DNA of 33,665 bases, from the IMG/VR virus record IMGVR_UViG_3300033067_001598, positions 1 to 33,665 of that record; one strand, written 5' to 3'. How positions within the stretch are numbered: the first letter of the stretch is position 1; every line of letters starts with the position of its first letter. Both the position numbers and the translations under genes were made by a program. The stretch comes from a virus (lineage: Duplodnaviria > Caudoviricetes). Below the pieces are notes generated by a model, which was given only the letters and a program-made list of their open reading frames with translations, did not search any database and was not told where the DNA came from. Shown piece after piece: positions 10,762-19,110 of the stretch.

Positions 10762-11676
10762 TCACCACGTCACAATAATGACCAGTCCATCGCCGCCCTG
10801 TCCACCGGCACCGCCTGTGACACCCCCGCCACCGCCACCGCCACCCGATCCAATGTTCCCTATTCCCCCTGCACCACCCACCCCTGCTGCGCCGTTGGTG
10901 CCACCACCACTACCGCCCGCGTAGCCAATGAAGAGCGATAATGATTCGAACTTTAACCCCGGATTGCCCGCGCCACCACCGGCTACGCCACCCGCAATCG
11001 TGGGCATGAACCCCGCGCCGGTGATGTCACCGCCTGCGAAGTTCGTGTTGGCCGTAGGTGTGCCACCGCCCCCAGCACCGCCGCTGATCGGAATGCCTGC
11101 ATTGCCCCACGTCACCGCCGTGCCAGCCGCGCCGGTCTGCGCCCCGCCATTGCCGCCCGCTTGGCCAGCGACCGGCACCCAAACGCCGAATGATTGCCCA
11201 TAGGTGAGCGTTGAAGATGCAACGGTGCTCCCCGCGCCACCGGTGCCACCCGCCGCGCCCGTGCCTGCGCCACCGCCACCCGGATCAGCGCCGCCTGAGA
11301 TGATGTAGCTAAACGAGCCACTGGTTTGTGCCGCCCGCGTCGTGATATACACACGACCCGCGCCGGTGCCTGCCACGCCTGCCGCGCCGCCCGCGCCGCC
11401 CTTGGGCACGCGAATATTCAAGATGTCTGGTACGAGCATTGCAGGGCATAGGAGCCGCACGACGCCACCCGAACCGCCGCCAGCCCCACCACCACGCGCC
11501 GATCCAGCGGCTGCCGAGAACCCACCGCCACCGCCACCACCCGCGCCGATTGCGAAGATGAAGACCATGCTTGCATTGCGCGGCTTGTGCCACGTCTGGT
11601 AGTCGGACAGGCCTTGCGCCGTAAACACCTGTTCGGTGGCGCGCTTTGGGTTGTAGAGAGAGCTTGCATCACTCAT
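10762..11676 (-). CDS. Glycine-rich (polyglycine II-type) putative adhesin
   Basis: Pattern WHKP..IGAGGGGGGG..GGQGGDGLVIIVTW. Confidence 0.75.
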   Translation of the reverse strand: MSDASSLYNPKRATEQVFTAQGLSDYQTWHKPRNASMVFIFAIGAGGGGGGGFSAAAGSARGGGAGGGSGGVVRLLCPAMLVPDILNIRVPKGGAGGAAGVAGTGAGRVYITTRAAQTSGSFSYIISGGADPGGGGAGTGAAGGTGGAGSTVASSTLTYGQSFGVWVPVAGQAGGNGGAQTGAAGTAVTWGNAGIPISGGAGGGGTPTANTNFAGGDITGAGFMPTIAGGVAGGGAGNPGLKFESLSLFIGYAGGSGGGTNGAAGVGGAGGIGNIGSGGGGGGGGVTGGAGGQGGDGLVIIVTW

Positions 11677-12131
11677 TAGTAGTCACCTGACCGAAGCAGA
11701 ATTACGCGCCATGCACTATTCGCAGCGGGCGCGGCGTGGTTGGTTGCCAACAGATTCATGCCCGTGGGCACCGCTTGATTCAGTGGTACATCAAACCATG
11801 TTGCGGCAGTCGATGCGTTGTCAGCAGCAATCGCCGGAAGCGTCGTCTCTGCGATCAGGTAGGTGTTCGCGCTTGTGGTTGCGCCGCTGGATTGCGTGCT
11901 AAAGAACAACCGCCCTACCGTGGCCGTGGTGGTCGTTGGCGTGGTTGCAGTCGGGATCCAGCGCGCAATGCCCCAGAACGTGCCATCGGCGCCCGAGGTG
12001 TCGACCAGAAAGATGTCGGTGGCAATCGTGCCGCCGCCCTGGCTGCTCGTGTTGGCGGCCGTGACCAGTACGCTGCCCACCAGCGGTGTGGCGACAAAGA
12101 GCGGATCGGTGTTACCCGTAGTAGCTGCCAT
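11676..12131 (-). CDS. Putative fibre adaptor/structural protein
   Basis: 151 aa, beta-rich and Thr/Ala-rich, with an AGGAGG RBS; tightly packed in the operon. Confidence 0.65.
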   Translation of the reverse strand: MAATTGNTDPLFVATPLVGSVLVTAANTSSQGGGTIATDIFLVDTSGADGTFWGIARWIPTATTPTTTTATVGRLFFSTQSSGATTSANTYLIAETTLPAIAADNASTAATWFDVPLNQAVPTGMNLLATNHAAPAANSAWRVILLRSGDY

Positions 12132-12485
12132 TTAGGAGCCTCCTGCCAATCGCATGCTTGTTGCAGCAATGCGGCCTTTGCCTTGGATTTGTCGAGTCGG
12201 GAGCGTGACGAACACATCCTTAGTGCCTGCCGAGAGCGTGACGACGGCATTCGCGTTACTGCTGGCATAGATTCGCTCGCGTACCAGCGTGGTTGTACCA
12301 CTCAAGTAGCCGATCCCCACTTCCCACTCGCTGCCGGTCTGCCCCTGAATGGCGTACCAGAACCGCACATTCAGCCCAAACTGTGACGTAAAGGTGCGAA
12401 ACTGCGTCACCGCCCCAAGCAGCGCCAGGCTGCCGGTGCCAGTGGTCGTGCTTGTTTCTTTGACGCGATCCGCAACTGGTGCCAT
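12132..12485 (-). CDS. Conserved phage fibre-associated protein (ADRVKET..TGTG type)
   Basis: Motifs ADRVKETSTTTGTG, EWEVGIG and LSAGTKDVFVTLP, recognisable from environmental phage fibre genes. Confidence 0.7.
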   Translation of the reverse strand: MAPVADRVKETSTTTGTGSLALLGAVTQFRTFTSQFGLNVRFWYAIQGQTGSEWEVGIGYLSGTTTLVRERIYASSNANAVVTLSAGTKDVFVTLPTRQIQGKGRIAATSMRLAGGS

Positions 12486-12486
12486 G

Positions 12487-13122
12487 CTAGCCTCCGGCCG
12501 TCAAGGTGAGGTCGTAGGTAAACTGGATCGAATCGCCCGAGGCCACGTTGATCGCACTGAACACGCTGCGATCCCACAGCGTGCCACCACCGGTTGCGGC
12601 CTGGCTCAGAATGCCGTGCTCGACGACCGCTGCGGTCGCATCAAACGTCAGTGTCCCGACGCTGCGGAACACGGTCGCGGATGGCGTGGAGCGCGTGCCC
12701 GTGGCACGGGTGTTGTCTGGGTTCAGGGCGGTGGTGCTCTCCGCAGCGAGCGCGGTATCGCCCACGGCCTCTGCCGTGTTGGTCGTGCCACAGCCATGGA
12801 AGTTCATCAAGGTGATGTCTTGTGCGTTATTGTTGAAGTCGTCACGCAGGTACGTCACCCCCGCCGTGGTGATCACCCGATGACTCACCACCCCGTAATC
12901 CTCCCAGCTGCCATCAGCCCGCTTCACGCGGATGCTGAGACTGGCGATCATGGTCAACAGTCCCCAGCTGGCCGCCAACGGGCGGATAACATGAAAGGCA
13001 ATTGCGCCTTTGAGGTAGGCCCAGCGCGCGGCATTCTTCAGTCGCCATGACCAGGGCGCGCGGGTGGCGCCGATCTTTCTAGCGGTGAGTTGCCCGGTTG
13101 GGCGCATTTCTCGCGAGATCAT
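12487..13122 (-). CDS. Putative major fibre subunit
   Basis: GAAGGAG RBS before ATG 13122; Ig-like C-terminus GCGT..DTALAAE..DRSVFSAINVASGDSIQFTYDLT. Confidence 0.7.
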   Translation of the reverse strand: MISREMRPTGQLTARKIGATRAPWSWRLKNAARWAYLKGAIAFHVIRPLAASWGLLTMIASLSIRVKRADGSWEDYGVVSHRVITTAGVTYLRDDFNNNAQDITLMNFHGCGTTNTAEAVGDTALAAESTTALNPDNTRATGTRSTPSATVFRSVGTLTFDATAAVVEHGILSQAATGGGTLWDRSVFSAINVASGDSIQFTYDLTLTAGG

Positions 13123-13139
13123 AGGGTCTCCTTCAGTGT

Positions 13140-13233
13140 AAAACAGCCCAAAATACCCAGGCCCAGAACGGAAGTAAAAGGACAAAACAGCAGAGGATAC
13201 ATGTTGCCAATAGTGCGCCGCTTTGGGGCTGTT
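13140..13233 (-). promoter_or_regulatory. Structured leader/terminator before the structural operon
   Basis: AACAGCCCCAAAGCGGCG (13233-13216) is complementary to both 13192-13183 and 13152-13142; the latter ends in a U run. Confidence 0.45.
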
Positions 13234-13254
13234 CGTCTGTTTGTTCGTTCGCCC

Positions 13255-13380
13255 TCATACCCACCACCCTAGCTGTATGCTGATATTCCAGAAGCACCAC
13301 ACCCAGAAGGCCACGGCCAGAATTGCGAGCATGACGAGCGCCACGGTCTCGCGTGGGTCACTAGATGGTGTGCGCGACAT
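13255..13380 (-). CDS. 41-aa Trp-rich single-TM protein of the lysis cassette
   Basis: MSRTPSSDPRETVALVMLAILAVAFWVWCFWNISIQLGWWV*; overlaps the upstream gene and is below the ORF-track length cut-off. Confidence 0.6.
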   Translation of the reverse strand: MSRTPSSDPRETVALVMLAILAVAFWVWCFWNISIQLGWWV

Positions 13381-13714
13381 ACAACGCTACTCCGATGAGG
13401 CCACTAATCGCGATGCCAGTTGCAATCAGCACAATCACCGTCCGACGCGAGAGATGATGGAGTCGGTCATCGATGCTCTCAAGCTTCGCAAGCACGAACC
13501 CGCGAAACTCGTCTGCCTCCTGCTGCCGGACATACCGATCCGATTGATCCGCGAGTACCAGTTTCCACAACGCGTCCATGTACTGGCCAATATTGCGCGG
13601 TCGCTCCTCAGGCGGTGGTAACTGTACCGTCACGGTTTGCACCGGCCCGCTGAACGTGCCGCTCACCACCGGCCCGTCTACATCACCATCGATGTCTGTG
13701 GTGTGCTGGGTCAC
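13361..13714 (-). CDS. C-terminal TM protein, holin-like candidate
   Basis: Helical region plus a C-terminal TM helix, downstream of the endolysin. Confidence 0.55.
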   Translation of the reverse strand: MTQHTTDIDGDVDGPVVSGTFSGPVQTVTVQLPPPEERPRNIGQYMDALWKLVLADQSDRYVRQQEADEFRGFVLAKLESIDDRLHHLSRRTVIVLIATGIAISGLIGVALYVAHTI

Positions 13715-13911
13715 GGCTGCCCACTCCGGTCGCTCTGTTCCTCAAGTGCAATCACGCGCAGGCTGATGCCCTCAATCTCGGCAATCACGCGCATCTCAAA
13801 CTTGGAGAGCAGTGACTGCATATCATTCATATAGCGGTTGTGCAGCTCGATCATGGACTGCTGCCACTGGTGGGTCATCGCGGTAATAATCTCGCTCGTC
13901 TCGATACTCAT
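13711..13911 (-). CDS. Hypothetical helical protein in the lysis cassette
   Basis: 4-nt overlaps on both sides and a GAGGAGG RBS. Confidence 0.65.
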   Translation of the reverse strand: MSIETSEIITAMTHQWQQSMIELHNRYMNDMQSLLSKFEMRVIAEIEGISLRVIALEEQSDRSGQP

Positions 13912-15227
13912 GATCCTCCTCGCATGGCCGCGCCATACGCGCGGTGGCTGTCGGCGGATAGGTGGTAGTAGGCGTCGTTCGTGCCAGGCGTCGCGGCCTG
14001 GTCGATGTGGTAGGCCGTCGCCAGCTGGTAGCGCGGGGGCAGGCTACGCACAAAGGTGGCGTAGGCATCACCCTTGGCTGCCTTGGACATGTCCTTGTCA
14101 TTGATGCCGTACTCGGTGAGGGCCAGTGGCTGGGTGAATGCGCTATAGAGCTTGTTTGCCACCACTTGCTGCCCCGTGTCGTCGGTGGCTAGGCTGTGGT
14201 AGGCATACACATGCACGCCAATCGCGTCGCACTGCCGATACAGGTCGCCCAGCACGCCGAGCCAGCGCTGCGGGTCGCCGCGATCCAGGAGCAGCGCGGG
14301 CGCAATCAGGCGGGCGCGTGGGAAGTGTTGCTTGCATGCGGCAATCGCCAGGCCCAGATAGTGGCGGTAGTCCCACGGGTCGAGGTCGGCGCTGTTCGGC
14401 TCGTTGCCCAGTTCAATCCACATCGTAGGTTTCGCGGCGTACCACGGGGCGATCTCGCGAATGACTTCCTCAGGATGCAGGTAGGGTCGGTCGCTGCTCG
14501 GGTCGCCCACATGTGTCCTGACAATCAGGGTCGGTGCGAGCGGCGCCACGAGGCGAATGTCGCTCTCTGTCCATGTGCTGGGCAGCCCCCATGCGGTCAC
14601 GACTTTGAGGGCGGTGTAGCCACCGATGCCGATGGCGCTGCGCAGACTGGCAATGCTGCGGGTGTTGGTGAGCGTGATGCCGTGGGCCAGGGCGGGGGTG
14701 TGCGCGAGGGCAATCAGGAGCAGGCGCTGGACGGTGCCACGCTGGGCATAGGCCACATCGCCGGGGCAGGTGCGCCCGGGCATACAGTCGCGGTGCGTCA
14801 CGATATCAGGAGTCGTGATGCGCGCATAGCGGTGGAGCTCGGCGGCGGCACCAACCAAGAGCTGAAGTTGAGCCTCACTCATGGGCCGCGACCCAAAGTC
14901 GCCAACCACTTCAATGCCGAATCGGTGCGCGTTGCAGGGGCCAGCGTGAATGCCGGAAAGCGTGGGCGGAGTCATCACGAAGATGCCGTCGTCACTCGTG
15001 CCTGCGGCGACATAGACATGTGGGCCGCGATCCCAGCCCTTGGCTTCGTAGAAGGCCTGCATCGTCTCCATGGACGCGTGGCCGTGCCACTGGGATTCGT
15101 CAGGCCGGTAGGTGTTGTGATAGGTGCTGCCGGTGGGGGTCCACGTCGGGGCGGGCTGCGAGCGCAGCCATGCGGCGAATGAGGCCACATCGGAAAAGTG
15201 TAGGTTGAGGTTGTGGAATGTGCCCAC
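13908..15227 (-). CDS. Endolysin: Amidase_2-type domain plus a clan-A glycoside hydrolase-like domain
   Basis: Zinc-amidase motifs HNT, GIHAG, GIEVVG, HRD and CPG; GH motifs GNEPN and LTEYG. Confidence 0.85.
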   Translation of the reverse strand: MGTFHNLNLHFSDVASFAAWLRSQPAPTWTPTGSTYHNTYRPDESQWHGHASMETMQAFYEAKGWDRGPHVYVAAGTSDDGIFVMTPPTLSGIHAGPCNAHRFGIEVVGDFGSRPMSEAQLQLLVGAAAELHRYARITTPDIVTHRDCMPGRTCPGDVAYAQRGTVQRLLLIALAHTPALAHGITLTNTRSIASLRSAIGIGGYTALKVVTAWGLPSTWTESDIRLVAPLAPTLIVRTHVGDPSSDRPYLHPEEVIREIAPWYAAKPTMWIELGNEPNSADLDPWDYRHYLGLAIAACKQHFPRARLIAPALLLDRGDPQRWLGVLGDLYRQCDAIGVHVYAYHSLATDDTGQQVVANKLYSAFTQPLALTEYGINDKDMSKAAKGDAYATFVRSLPPRYQLATAYHIDQAATPGTNDAYYHLSADSHRAYGAAMRGGS

Positions 15228-15269
15228 GCGATCCCCTCCGCGAAAACGGCAGGAGATCTTGGCACATCT

Positions 15270-15278
15270 AGTATAGCA
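15270..15278 (-). promoter_or_regulatory. Extended -10 promoter candidate for the lysis operon
   Basis: TGCTATACT on the minus strand about 45 nt upstream of the endolysin; a second TGCTATCAT lies at 15309-15317. Confidence 0.45.
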
Positions 15279-15323
15279 TGGAGATCAAGTATACAACAGA
15301 GCGGAGCTATGATAGCATATGGT

Positions 15324-15374
15324 AAGGCCCTGAGCGGGCAGGAGACTTGGCAGTAACTCCCAGCTCAGGGCCTT
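15324..15374. terminator. 12-bp stem hairpin downstream of the lipoprotein gene
   Basis: AAGGCCCTGAGC ... GCTCAGGGCCTT. Confidence 0.55.
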
Positions 15375-15385
15375 CGGCGTAACGA

Positions 15386-15401
15386 GTGAACCGGGGTTCA
15401 C
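15386..15401 (-). repeat. 16-bp palindrome, copy 1
   Basis: GTGAACCCCGGTTCAC on the minus strand, 10 nt after the lipoprotein stop. Confidence 0.9.
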
Positions 15402-15411
15402 TATTAGAGAA

Positions 15412-15822
15412 CTAGTCTGCTGCCTTGGTAAATCCAGCGTTGCGCGCGTCCGCTTCAGTGGCAAAGCAGCGCTCGGGGTCGGTGCGGGTGTAAGACTTGC
15501 CACCCTTGATGTGATAGATATGATCACCGCTACTAGTAATGTTGCCCTTCACGGGATAGTCGGGTGGGCAGTTATCCTTATCGAGCGGGCCAACCCCATC
15601 AACACTGAGGTTCGGGTTAGGCGTGAGAGTTGGCGCTGGTGTCAAGGTTGGAATGAGTATTGCAGTTGGCTTAGGTGTCAATGTTGGCCGCTCAGCCTCA
15701 GTCGGTATTGGTATGGGCACGGGTGTCGGCACGGGCTCAAGGACAGGTGGCCGCGATCCGCCGCATGCCACAAGCAACATGAGGGCAGCAACAAAGAGTA
15801 ATGTGGCGTGGCTTGACTTCAT
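15412..15822 (-). CDS. Lipoprotein with a Pro/Thr linker and a C-terminal KGN..IYH..F.TE..A..AG domain
   Basis: Lipobox LVA-C, PT-rich stalk and CPPDYPVKGNITSSGDHIYH...CFATEADARNAGF. Confidence 0.8.
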   Translation of the reverse strand: MKSSHATLLFVAALMLLVACGGSRPPVLEPVPTPVPIPIPTEAERPTLTPKPTAILIPTLTPAPTLTPNPNLSVDGVGPLDKDNCPPDYPVKGNITSSGDHIYHIKGGKSYTRTDPERCFATEADARNAGFTKAAD

Positions 15823-15842
15823 CGTTTGTAGTACGGTATACT
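15813..15842 (+). promoter_or_regulatory. Sigma70-like promoter converging on the repressor gene
   Basis: TTGACT-N18-TATACT. Confidence 0.5.
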
Positions 15843-15869
15843 CGCGATCCAATTACGAACGGATGTGTT

Positions 15870-16109
15870 ATGAGGCTGTACCTCATCTGGATTATCGGTA
15901 TTGCCATCCTCTTGATGGTCGATGATGCGACCGTGCGCACGTTGGCGGCGCTGGTGCTCGTGGTCGGTGCGTGGCCGCTGTGGCGAACAATGCAGTCGAC
16001 ATTGACCGCTACTACTTACCGTCAAGCTGCGGCGCTCCTAGACCAGACTCGATATCGTCAGCCATCCGACGAAGACGATCCGCAACCATCTCAAGCTCCT
16101 TTGGACTAG
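15870..16109 (+). CDS. Two-TM small membrane protein overlapping the repressor 3' end in antisense
   Basis: MRLYLIWIIGIAILLMVDDATVRTLAALVLVVGAWPLW..., located just after the promoter. Confidence 0.5.
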   Translation: MRLYLIWIIGIAILLMVDDATVRTLAALVLVVGAWPLWRTMQSTLTATTYRQAAALLDQTRYRQPSDEDDPQPSQAPLD

Positions 16110-16386
16110 CTTGTTGGGCTGCGGCCTCGAACCACTGCCTGGCCAACCTCGCCCCATCCTCTGGGGTTGCCACTGGATCGTTGATGAGCTTCGCGACATC
16201 TGCGGCTCTTCCTGCGAGTTCCGCTAGCAGATTAACGATCTGTAACGTTTTCGGTTCTTGCTTGCCGCTCTCAATTCGCCACACAGTATTGGTTGCAACG
16301 CCAATTCGATCAGCTAGTTTTCCCTGGCTAATCCCCTGTAGTTCCCTCAGTGTTCGCAAATAAGCACCGGTTGCCAACATGTTCAT
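16012..16386 (-). CDS. XRE-family HTH repressor (cI-like)
   Basis: LRTLRELQGISQGKLADRIGVATNTVWRIESGKQEP; divergent from the early operon. No C-terminal S24 peptidase domain. Confidence 0.9.
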   Translation of the reverse strand: MNMLATGAYLRTLRELQGISQGKLADRIGVATNTVWRIESGKQEPKTLQIVNLLAELAGRAADVAKLINDPVATPEDGARLARQWFEAAAQQASPKELEMVADRLRRMADDIESGLGAPQLDGK

Positions 16387-16436
16387 GCTCCTATGGTAAT
16401 CGATGATTCCGCGTTTGTGTATACTTGCGCGTGTAG

Positions 16437-16486
16437 TTCCGTAGACGTAGATACCCCTTGCAATATCTACGTGAGCGTAGTATACT
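16437..16486 (+). promoter_or_regulatory. Early promoter 1 with operators
   Basis: TTGCAA (16458)-N17-TATACT (16481); CTACG-N4-CGTAG operator at 16467-16480 and a degenerate copy at 16437-16450. Confidence 0.85.
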
Positions 16487-16528
16487 CATTTCACTTTCGT
16501 TGCTCTCAATTGCGACAGTGAGGTCACT

Positions 16529-16795
16529 ATGCCGAACGTTACTGGCAGTCCAATCATGCAAGAGGTTGATATTATCGATCTCGACCGTATTGGCGAATTA
16601 ATCGATTCCTATAAGGCAAGCCTCAACATCAGCACCGACCGAGAGCTTTCGAGCCGCTTAGGTGTCAGCTATATGGCTATATACCGCTGGCGACGTAAGC
16701 AGGTTGAGCCCGCCACCCTTGCTCTCATGCGGGTTGCTCGTGGCGCTCCAAAACTCCCCAGCTCCGACAGAGAATCGTATCCTACGCTCACGTAG
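16529..16795 (+). CDS. Cro-like HTH regulator
   Basis: TDRELSSRLGVSYMAIYRWR; divergent from the repressor. Confidence 0.75.
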   Translation: MPNVTGSPIMQEVDIIDLDRIGELIDSYKASLNISTDRELSSRLGVSYMAIYRWRRKQVEPATLALMRVARGAPKLPSSDRESYPTLT

Positions 16796-16854
16796 ACATT
16801 CCCTCTTGACATCTACGTGCGCGTAGTGTATTATTATCTACGTAGACGTAGATA
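16782..16854 (+). promoter_or_regulatory. Early promoter 2 with three operators
   Basis: TTGACA (16806)-N17-TATTAT (16829); operators at 16782-16795, 16813-16826 and 16838-16851. Confidence 0.85.
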
Positions 16855-16878
16855 TGTATTCTCTAAGGAGCACCCACC

Positions 16879-17211
16879 ATGACACAGCCCATCACCGACA
16901 TCCGCTTCGACCCCGACACGAAGGACTACACCATCTATATTGATGGTGAGTATGTGGGCAGCACGAAGCACCACTACGATGCCCAGGTCAAGGCCAACAG
17001 CATTGTCTACGAGCGACTGGCCTATGAGGCAGAGCGTGCGCAGCTGGCGACCCTCAACGACAAGATTGCGATGTTCTCGCAGGCTGCCAAGATTGCCCGT
17101 GACGATGGCCGGTTGATCGATGCCGCGCGCTACCGGGTTGAAGGCTTGCATTTGTTGGCTGAGAAGCACGGCATGACCTATGAGCAGTTGGTACAGCGTG
17201 AGGCGGCATAA
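16879..17211 (+). CDS. Hypothetical early protein
   Basis: AAGGAG RBS; first gene after promoter 2. Confidence 0.8.
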   Translation: MTQPITDIRFDPDTKDYTIYIDGEYVGSTKHHYDAQVKANSIVYERLAYEAERAQLATLNDKIAMFSQAAKIARDDGRLIDAARYRVEGLHLLAEKHGMTYEQLVQREAA

Positions 17212-17221
17212 GGAATGTAGC

Positions 17222-17249
17222 ACCGGCCTTTGCAAAAGTGAAGGCCGGT
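17222..17249. terminator. Intergenic hairpin
   Basis: ACCGGCCTT-N10-AAGGCCGGT. Confidence 0.5.
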
Positions 17250-17272
17250 TAACCACCAACGAGGCACCCACG

Positions 17273-17485
17273 ATGACACGAAGGCGCTGGCCCGATAGGG
17301 CAGACGAACAGCGCCGGGCCGCTATCACGAATATCGCCGCAGCCCGCGACCGGCTTGCTGATGTGTCCAAAGAACGAACGGTGAGTCTTGAAGGGCGAAT
17401 GGCGATAGCGGAAGCCAAGGAATGGCTCAGTGATGCCGAGCGGTACCTAGTTCTCGCACGGCTGGCAGAGCCTGATAGCAGATAA
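17273..17485 (+). CDS. Hypothetical early protein
   Basis: Start context GAGGCACCCACGATG is shared with neighbouring genes. Confidence 0.7.
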   Translation: MTRRRWPDRADEQRRAAITNIAAARDRLADVSKERTVSLEGRMAIAEAKEWLSDAERYLVLARLAEPDSR

Positions 17486-17498
17486 GGAAGCACCCACG

Positions 17499-18005
17499 AT
17501 GACCAACCCAAGTATCCACCACGAGATGGCCCGCTGCCGGATGCGCCATCAGAACGCACAGGCCGATCTGAAGGTTGCCAAGGCCAAGGCGGAGATGGAC
17601 ATCATAGCCCAACTGAACGGCTCGTATGGCAAGAATGCCGAAGAGCGTGAGCGCCAGCTGCTGCTGGGCCTGGCTGAGCACCGCGCCTACCAGAGTGCGC
17701 TGGTGATGGCTCGGCAGCTTGAGGCGCAGTACGAGATGAGTGTTGCGGATTACGAGACCTACCGCGACGCGCGGCGACAGGAAGAGTGGAGCATTCGCGC
17801 GCAGCTGGCCGATGCGATTGCGCGGCGCACACCAAGCGCTGATGAGCAGAGCACCGACGAAGGCATTGATGATGTGGCTGATGCAGAGGTTACGGATCAC
17901 GCCGCTGATGAGTATGCGCACTACCAGACAATGCGCACGGCTCACGCTGCAACCATTGACCGTAACCGCGCCTATGCCGATGTGAACGAACTGTGCCCAT
18001 TCTAA
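17499..18005 (+). CDS. Hypothetical coiled-coil protein
   Basis: AAGGA RBS; helical composition. Confidence 0.75.
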   Translation: MTNPSIHHEMARCRMRHQNAQADLKVAKAKAEMDIIAQLNGSYGKNAEERERQLLLGLAEHRAYQSALVMARQLEAQYEMSVADYETYRDARRQEEWSIRAQLADAIARRTPSADEQSTDEGIDDVADAEVTDHAADEYAHYQTMRTAHAATIDRNRAYADVNELCPF

Positions 18006-18007
18006 AC

Positions 18008-18023
18008 GTGAACCCCGGTTCAC
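18008..18023 (+). repeat. 16-bp palindrome, copy 2
   Basis: GTGAACCCCGGTTCAC, 2 nt after a stop and followed by TTTT. Confidence 0.9.
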
Positions 18024-18046
18024 TTTTGCAGAAAGCGAGACCCACT

Positions 18047-18838
18047 GTGACGACACAAGAACTGACGACCTACACCAGCCCGCTGAATGAAGACATGCCC
18101 TTGGCACAGCTCGGACAGACGCTGTTCAAGAGCGGGTTCTTTCAGGACACCCGCGATGCGAGTCAGGCGATTGTCAAGATCCTGGCCGGTCGTGAGATGG
18201 GCATCGGCCCGATTGCCGCCATGACGGGGATCAACGTAATCAAGGGCCGCGTCACGATGAGCGCCAACCTGATTGCGGCGCAGATCAAGCGCAGCGGGCG
18301 CTATGACTACCGCGTCGCCCGCCTCGATGACACCGGCTGCGAGATTGTGTTCTACGAGCGCGCGGGCGGCAAGGCCACCGAGCTTGGGCGCAGCAGCTTC
18401 ACGGCAGAGGACGCCAAGGCGGCGCAGCTAGGCGGTGAGAATTACAAGAAGTTCCCGCGCAATATGTACTTTAGTCGAGCGCTCACGAATGGCGCACGCT
18501 GGTACACCCCGGAGGTGTTTGGTGGCTCGGCGATCTACACGCCTGATGAGTTGGTGATCGAGTCTGAGCCTGCGACCTACGCCCCGCGCAGTGATGTCAA
18601 TGTCGAGACCGGTGAAGTCATTGAGCAAGCGCCAGCGCTTGATGAGCGTGCGCAACTCATTATCGAGCTGCGCGGCTTGGCCAGTCAGGCCAAAGGGCTT
18701 GGCTTAGATCTCGGGCTGGGCAAGCCCAAGGATATGACCGATGCGCAATTGGCTGAGGCCATCGCCACGGCCCGAAGCATGATCAATGCCGAGTATGCCG
18801 AGATCGACAAGGCTGAGCAGCCCGCAGAGGTGGCGTGA
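18047..18838 (+). CDS. RecT/Redbeta-like single-strand annealing protein
   Basis: Motifs KILAGREMGIGPIAAMTGINVIKG, YKKFPRNMYFSRA and YTPDEL; start GTG 18047. Confidence 0.8.
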   Translation: MTTQELTTYTSPLNEDMPLAQLGQTLFKSGFFQDTRDASQAIVKILAGREMGIGPIAAMTGINVIKGRVTMSANLIAAQIKRSGRYDYRVARLDDTGCEIVFYERAGGKATELGRSSFTAEDAKAAQLGGENYKKFPRNMYFSRALTNGARWYTPEVFGGSAIYTPDELVIESEPATYAPRSDVNVETGEVIEQAPALDERAQLIIELRGLASQAKGLGLDLGLGKPKDMTDAQLAEAIATARSMINAEYAEIDKAEQPAEVA

Positions 18839-19050
18839 TGCAGCGTCGTGAGTTTGGAGCCTACAGCCGCCCGCAGGATACGTTTGCAGAGTGGGAGCGG
18901 CGCGCGATACGAGCGCAGTATCTGGCGATGCCTGAGCGGCTCAGGCGCGAGACCCAGGAGCGCGTGCGCATGTTGCTGGCCGATTCGGAGCGACAGAACC
19001 GACTGCGACCGAGTGCGCTAGAGCGCCTGGCCGATTGTTACGACCTGTAA
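18835..19050 (+). CDS. Hypothetical protein
   Basis: GTGA overlap with the RecT-like gene. Confidence 0.6.
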   Translation: MMQRREFGAYSRPQDTFAEWERRAIRAQYLAMPERLRRETQERVRMLLADSERQNRLRPSALERLADCYDL

Positions 19051-19104
19051 AAAGCGAGGCGCTTCCTGCGACGAACAGGAAAGCGCCTCAAACCCACTAA
19101 TGAC
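19049..19104 (-). ncRNA. Putative small antisense RNA in the early operon
   Basis: Minus-strand promoter followed by a hairpin at 19056-19089 and a U5 tract. Confidence 0.55.
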
Positions 19105-19110
19105 ATGACG

